DNA from: Rebecca billardiae RCC1528
Lineage: Eukaryota; Protista; Haptophyta
Assembly: GCA_965240325.2 (NCBI GenBank)
Contig: OZ251229.1
Coordinates: forward strand, 2,294,001-2,358,000
Reading direction: 5' to 3'
DNA length: 64,000 nt
Both the position numbers and the translations under genes were made by a program. This document shows positions 60,425 to 64,000 of this stretch, piece by piece (position 1 is the stretch's first letter; each line of letters opens with the position of its first letter). The notes below the pieces were generated by a model. The model was not told the origin of the DNA. It did not search any database and saw only the letters and a list, made by a program, of their open reading frames with translations.

Positions 60425-62590
60425 TGGCCCGCGGTGCAGGGCGGAGCGCGTAGCGTGGAGCCCCGCCGGGGGCCCTCACTACGTTGTCAAAAAGCAGATC
60501 TTTTGATCCAAGAAAAGGGGACGGGGGACGATTTTGAGGGCTGTTGGAGGGTGAGTTTTCGCTTTTTCGAGGGGTACATTCGCCCATTGCTCTGCATTAG
60601 CAAGACGCGATTGACGAAATAGCCGCGCCCGGGCCATTTCGCATATGTCGATGGACGGACGTGCATTTGTCAGTATATCTGGGTGAACGAATCTGCGATT
60701 TGTTGTAAATCTTCATAGCATATTGCCGAATAGGACGAGGACCCAGCGCGTGCGCTGGAGGTCCTGGGCTCCTGGCAAAAAGTCTTCGTCAAGTACTCAA
60801 CTTTACTAACGACGAACCTTTATTGCGCGCTGCCAAATTACTCAACTTTACACCTGAATGACCCCAGTGGGCGGAAATGGCCATATCTCCCGGAGATCGG
60901 GAGTACTCACACGTGTGAGTCATATTTCGTCCTTTTTTCCGAGACGTTGATTGGTCAAACGCTCAGCATTCCATGTCCACAATTCCATATCGACACAACA
61001 CAACTCCTACCAACCTGTGTACTAAAAACCTTGGGTTAGCTGCACAACGACCAATCAGCGCGCAGCGAGCGGAGAGACTCGAAAACCGAGAATCACTCAC
61101 GCATTTACTATGATGTTTGCTCTTCGCCCATGCCAACTTTGCTATTGACAAAAACGCAGCGGCTTGGTTACGACCCATAGAAAGACGACCACCAATCAGC
61201 ACACAGCAAACGAGACAACCTTCACTTTCGAGCGGGCGAAAGGAGCTTTGGCCTTCAACCCGCAGGCATATGCGTTCTGGCGCTGGCCTTCGTTCGGCGC
61301 CCGAGCATCATCGGTAGACGTGTGGCGTGCCGGCCCACGGTCCGCCGCCCTCGCCCTGCTCATCTTCATCGTCTCCTCATCCTCCTCGTCGTCCGCGCCG
61401 CCGCCGTGCGCCAGCGCCTCCGCCAGCGCGGCGCCGCGCAGGTGCTCGCGGAACAGCGCGACGGCGCCAGAGCGCGCCGGCCGGCGTGGCGCCGGCGGGC
61501 GGGCGCGCGGCGCTCAGCGCGGTGCCGAGCAGCCCGCCGAGCGCGCGCAGCTGCGCACCCGCCGGCAGCTCGAGCAGCGCCGCGTGGCACGCGCCCGCGC
61601 CGGCGGCGCCGAGCTCCGCGCACAGCACGGACAGCCCTCGTGCCCACGCCGCCGCGCGCCCGCCCGCGCCCGCGGCGTGCAGCGCGCCGAGCGCGGCGCC
61701 GAGCGCGGCGCGCGCTGCGGACGTGTCGGCGGCGCACAGCGCACCCGCCGCCGCGCCCAGTGCACACGCGGCACACGCGAGCAGCTTGAGCACGCTCGCG
61801 CATGCCAACTGCGAGTGCGGAGGCGCTGGGCGCCGAGCTGGCGAAGCGCGGCGCCGAGCTCGACGCGCTGCGCGACGCGGAGACGGACGCGCTGGGCGCG
61901 CGTGGCGCCCTCGTCGCGACGCCCCGTGCAGCAGCTCGAGCAGCCAGCTGTGGAGTAGACGGCCGTCGAGGCGATCGGCGCCGGGCGCCAGCGCGCACGG
62001 GCTCAGCCCGTGCCGCTGGCTCGGGCCGCCGCAGCCGTCTTCGAGGCCGACGCGGCGGAGGAGGCGGCGGGCGAGCACGGCGGCGCGGTGGAGCAGGCGC
62101 GCACGCGCGGCGGCAGGCGCGACGCGCCGCTCGCCTCGTTCCACCCCGAGCTCCGCTCGGTCTCGGTGTGCGGCTGCCGGCAGCGCAGGCCGGGGCAGCA
62201 CTGCGCGGCGCGCGCTCTCGCTCCGTCTGCCGGCACGAGGTGCGCCGGCTGAGTGAGCGACCAGCGGCCCGTCGTCGAGCGCATGGCGCCGCGCGAGCAC
62301 GTCAAGCAGACTGTGCGCCCGCACGCGCGCACGCGCTGGCCCGCGCCGCGCGGCGCCTATCGCCCTGCCTGCGCGCGCGCGCCGCCCCGCGGCGGCCGCT
62401 TCCCCGCGCGGCGGCCCGCCGGCGACAGTCCTCGGCCCGCCGGCCCGGTGGGCGGTAACTGAGTTGTGGCGGTGGCAGCTCCGAGGCAAACGAACTGTTA
62501 CACATGTCCGACTGAGACAGCAGCCGACGGAGGGTGCACCGCGGGCCCCTAACTGCGTTGGTTCTACGGAAGGACCGCGGAACGCGGTCA
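60425..62590 (+). mobile_element. Family A element, copy 5 (2166 bp)
   Basis: Both termini are present. Collinear with copy 1 except for cargo block 61288-61792. Confidence 0.85.
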
Positions 62591-63386
62591 TATAATAATA
62601 ATTTAATATGCCCCTCGCTCCACCCTAGGTGGGACAGGGGGTGCGGGGTGTGACGAGCCCAGGGGCCAGGTTCCCCAGCATCAAGCACTGCATCTGCAGC
62701 AGCCCGCCGGCGGGCCGGGCTGCGACATCGACTACCACCTCATCTGCTTCATCGCCCAGAGCGCGCTAGGCGGCGCCCTCACTCTCCGAGCCCCTCTTCT
62801 GCAGCTGCGCGCCGCTTGGCCGGCGCGCGGCGACGCGTACTACGACCTCATCCTCATCCAGCCTTTCCAGGCGCCCACGCGGGCGCACGGGGGCGACAGC
62901 CGCGGCTGCCGCTTGCCGGAGCTGCTCGCCGCTAGGTCGGCGGGCGGCGACATCGACTACGACCTCACCCTCATCCAAGTGCTCCGGAAGGCGCTCGGCC
63001 GCGGCGGCATCTGCCGTCGCCGCCGCGTGCCCCAGGCCGAGGCGGTGCTCCACCCCGGCCCCGCTCCCGTAGGGGGGCAGGGCTGCGGGTGGCGCACTGT
63101 CTGACCTGGACGGAAGGCGCGGACGCATTTTATGTGTCTGTTGCACTCTGAGCCTGACGCTTGTCCGATGCTGCCACGTCGTTAAATATATTATTACTAG
63201 CGCCGCCTACTACTTGATTATTCAATATCGGTCGTATAAAGCGCTGCGTCAGCCCGAGGCCGGGCCGAGGCGGGCCGAGCCACCGAGCCGTGGCGCGTCC
63301 TGACGCGGTGCCCGGACGGCAGTCTGAACAGCCGCCGGTCCGAGGCCGAACACGGAACAGCTCAGATAGATAGATAGATCTAGTTA

Positions 63387-64000
63387 TGGCCCGCGGTGCA
63401 GGGCGGAACGCGCAGCGTGGAGCCCGCTCCGTGGGCCCTAACCACGTTTCAAAAAGATCTTTGATCAAGAAAAAAGGGACGGGGGACGATTTTCAAGGCT
63501 GGAAGAGACCGAGTTTCGAATTTTGAGACCGCAAAGAGACATCGATTAGCGAGAAATGGACGCGCCCACGACTTCAGATAAGCAAAGCGGGAGTGACGCC
63601 CGTCCATAAACTTCACGCCCTTTAGGATCCCTAACGTAACGAACCGTTACACGCGATTTTTTCCAGCCAATGAGATTGCCGCAAGGTCAAGGAGCGACGA
63701 CGACGTATCTAGATAGCCAAGCCGGCACAGCATTACTTGTGTGCTGGGCTGCCGCTTTGGGGGTTCTGATCAATCACCCAGGGCCCGGTCTGGTCATAAA
63801 TGAGCCCGCCGTTTATGACGACCCATTCATGTACATGTATGAACAATGGGTCATTAGACCGCGTCGTATCTTAAAAAACCGCTTCATCACGTTGGACCGC
63901 GTCGTATCAATGCTCGTAAATGAAATTCTATTCTACCGCTTCACGTAGTAACCCTGATGATGATCATAGATTATGGAAGATGCTCGCGTCGAGTCGTCGC
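63387..64000 (+). mobile_element. Family A element, copy 6, 5' part (3' end not in window)
   Basis: TGGCCCGCGGTGCAGGGCGGAACGCGCAGCGTGGAGCCCG..CACGTTTCAAAAAGATCTTTGATCAAGAAAAAAGGGACG..GAGACCGAGTTTCGA. Homology is traceable to ~63683, and the extent beyond that is uncertain. Confidence 0.75.

Overview
This is a eukaryotic, very GC-rich genomic window with short GC-rich spliceosomal introns (GTGCGC/GTGAG...CGCAG). The style suggests a haptophyte-type alga, which is an inference. I can support about 14 genes: IFT54/TRAF3IP1 (partial), a Lon-N domain protein, FRA10AC1, a Cys-rich membrane protein, a ROMO1/Mgr2-like protein, a ~4200-aa IPT/TIG-repeat + TM + 4xC2 receptor, an orphan, a DBH/MOXD1-like Cu monooxygenase, transketolase, Sec61-beta, coatomer alpha, a METTL21-type methyltransferase, a DCX-like + HExxH protein and a homeobox protein. 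Twelve of them form six tight head-to-head pairs. The gaps between pairs are filled with non-autonomous mobile elements. The main one is family A (five complete and three partial copies), which has a 5' terminal hairpin, an asymmetric sub-terminal inverted repeat, a 3' terminal GAA-loop hairpin and interchangeable captured gene fragments, i.e. Helitron2/Helentron-like architecture. Other elements are a head-to-tail tandem family B, a 2.1-kb foldback with mirror-image telomere-like 10-mer arrays, an 8-copy spaced 15-bp motif array and a MULE-like MITE with a 9-bp TSD. No transposase, rRNA, tRNA or true CRISPR array was recognised. Exon boundaries were read by eye and need RNA-seq confirmation.
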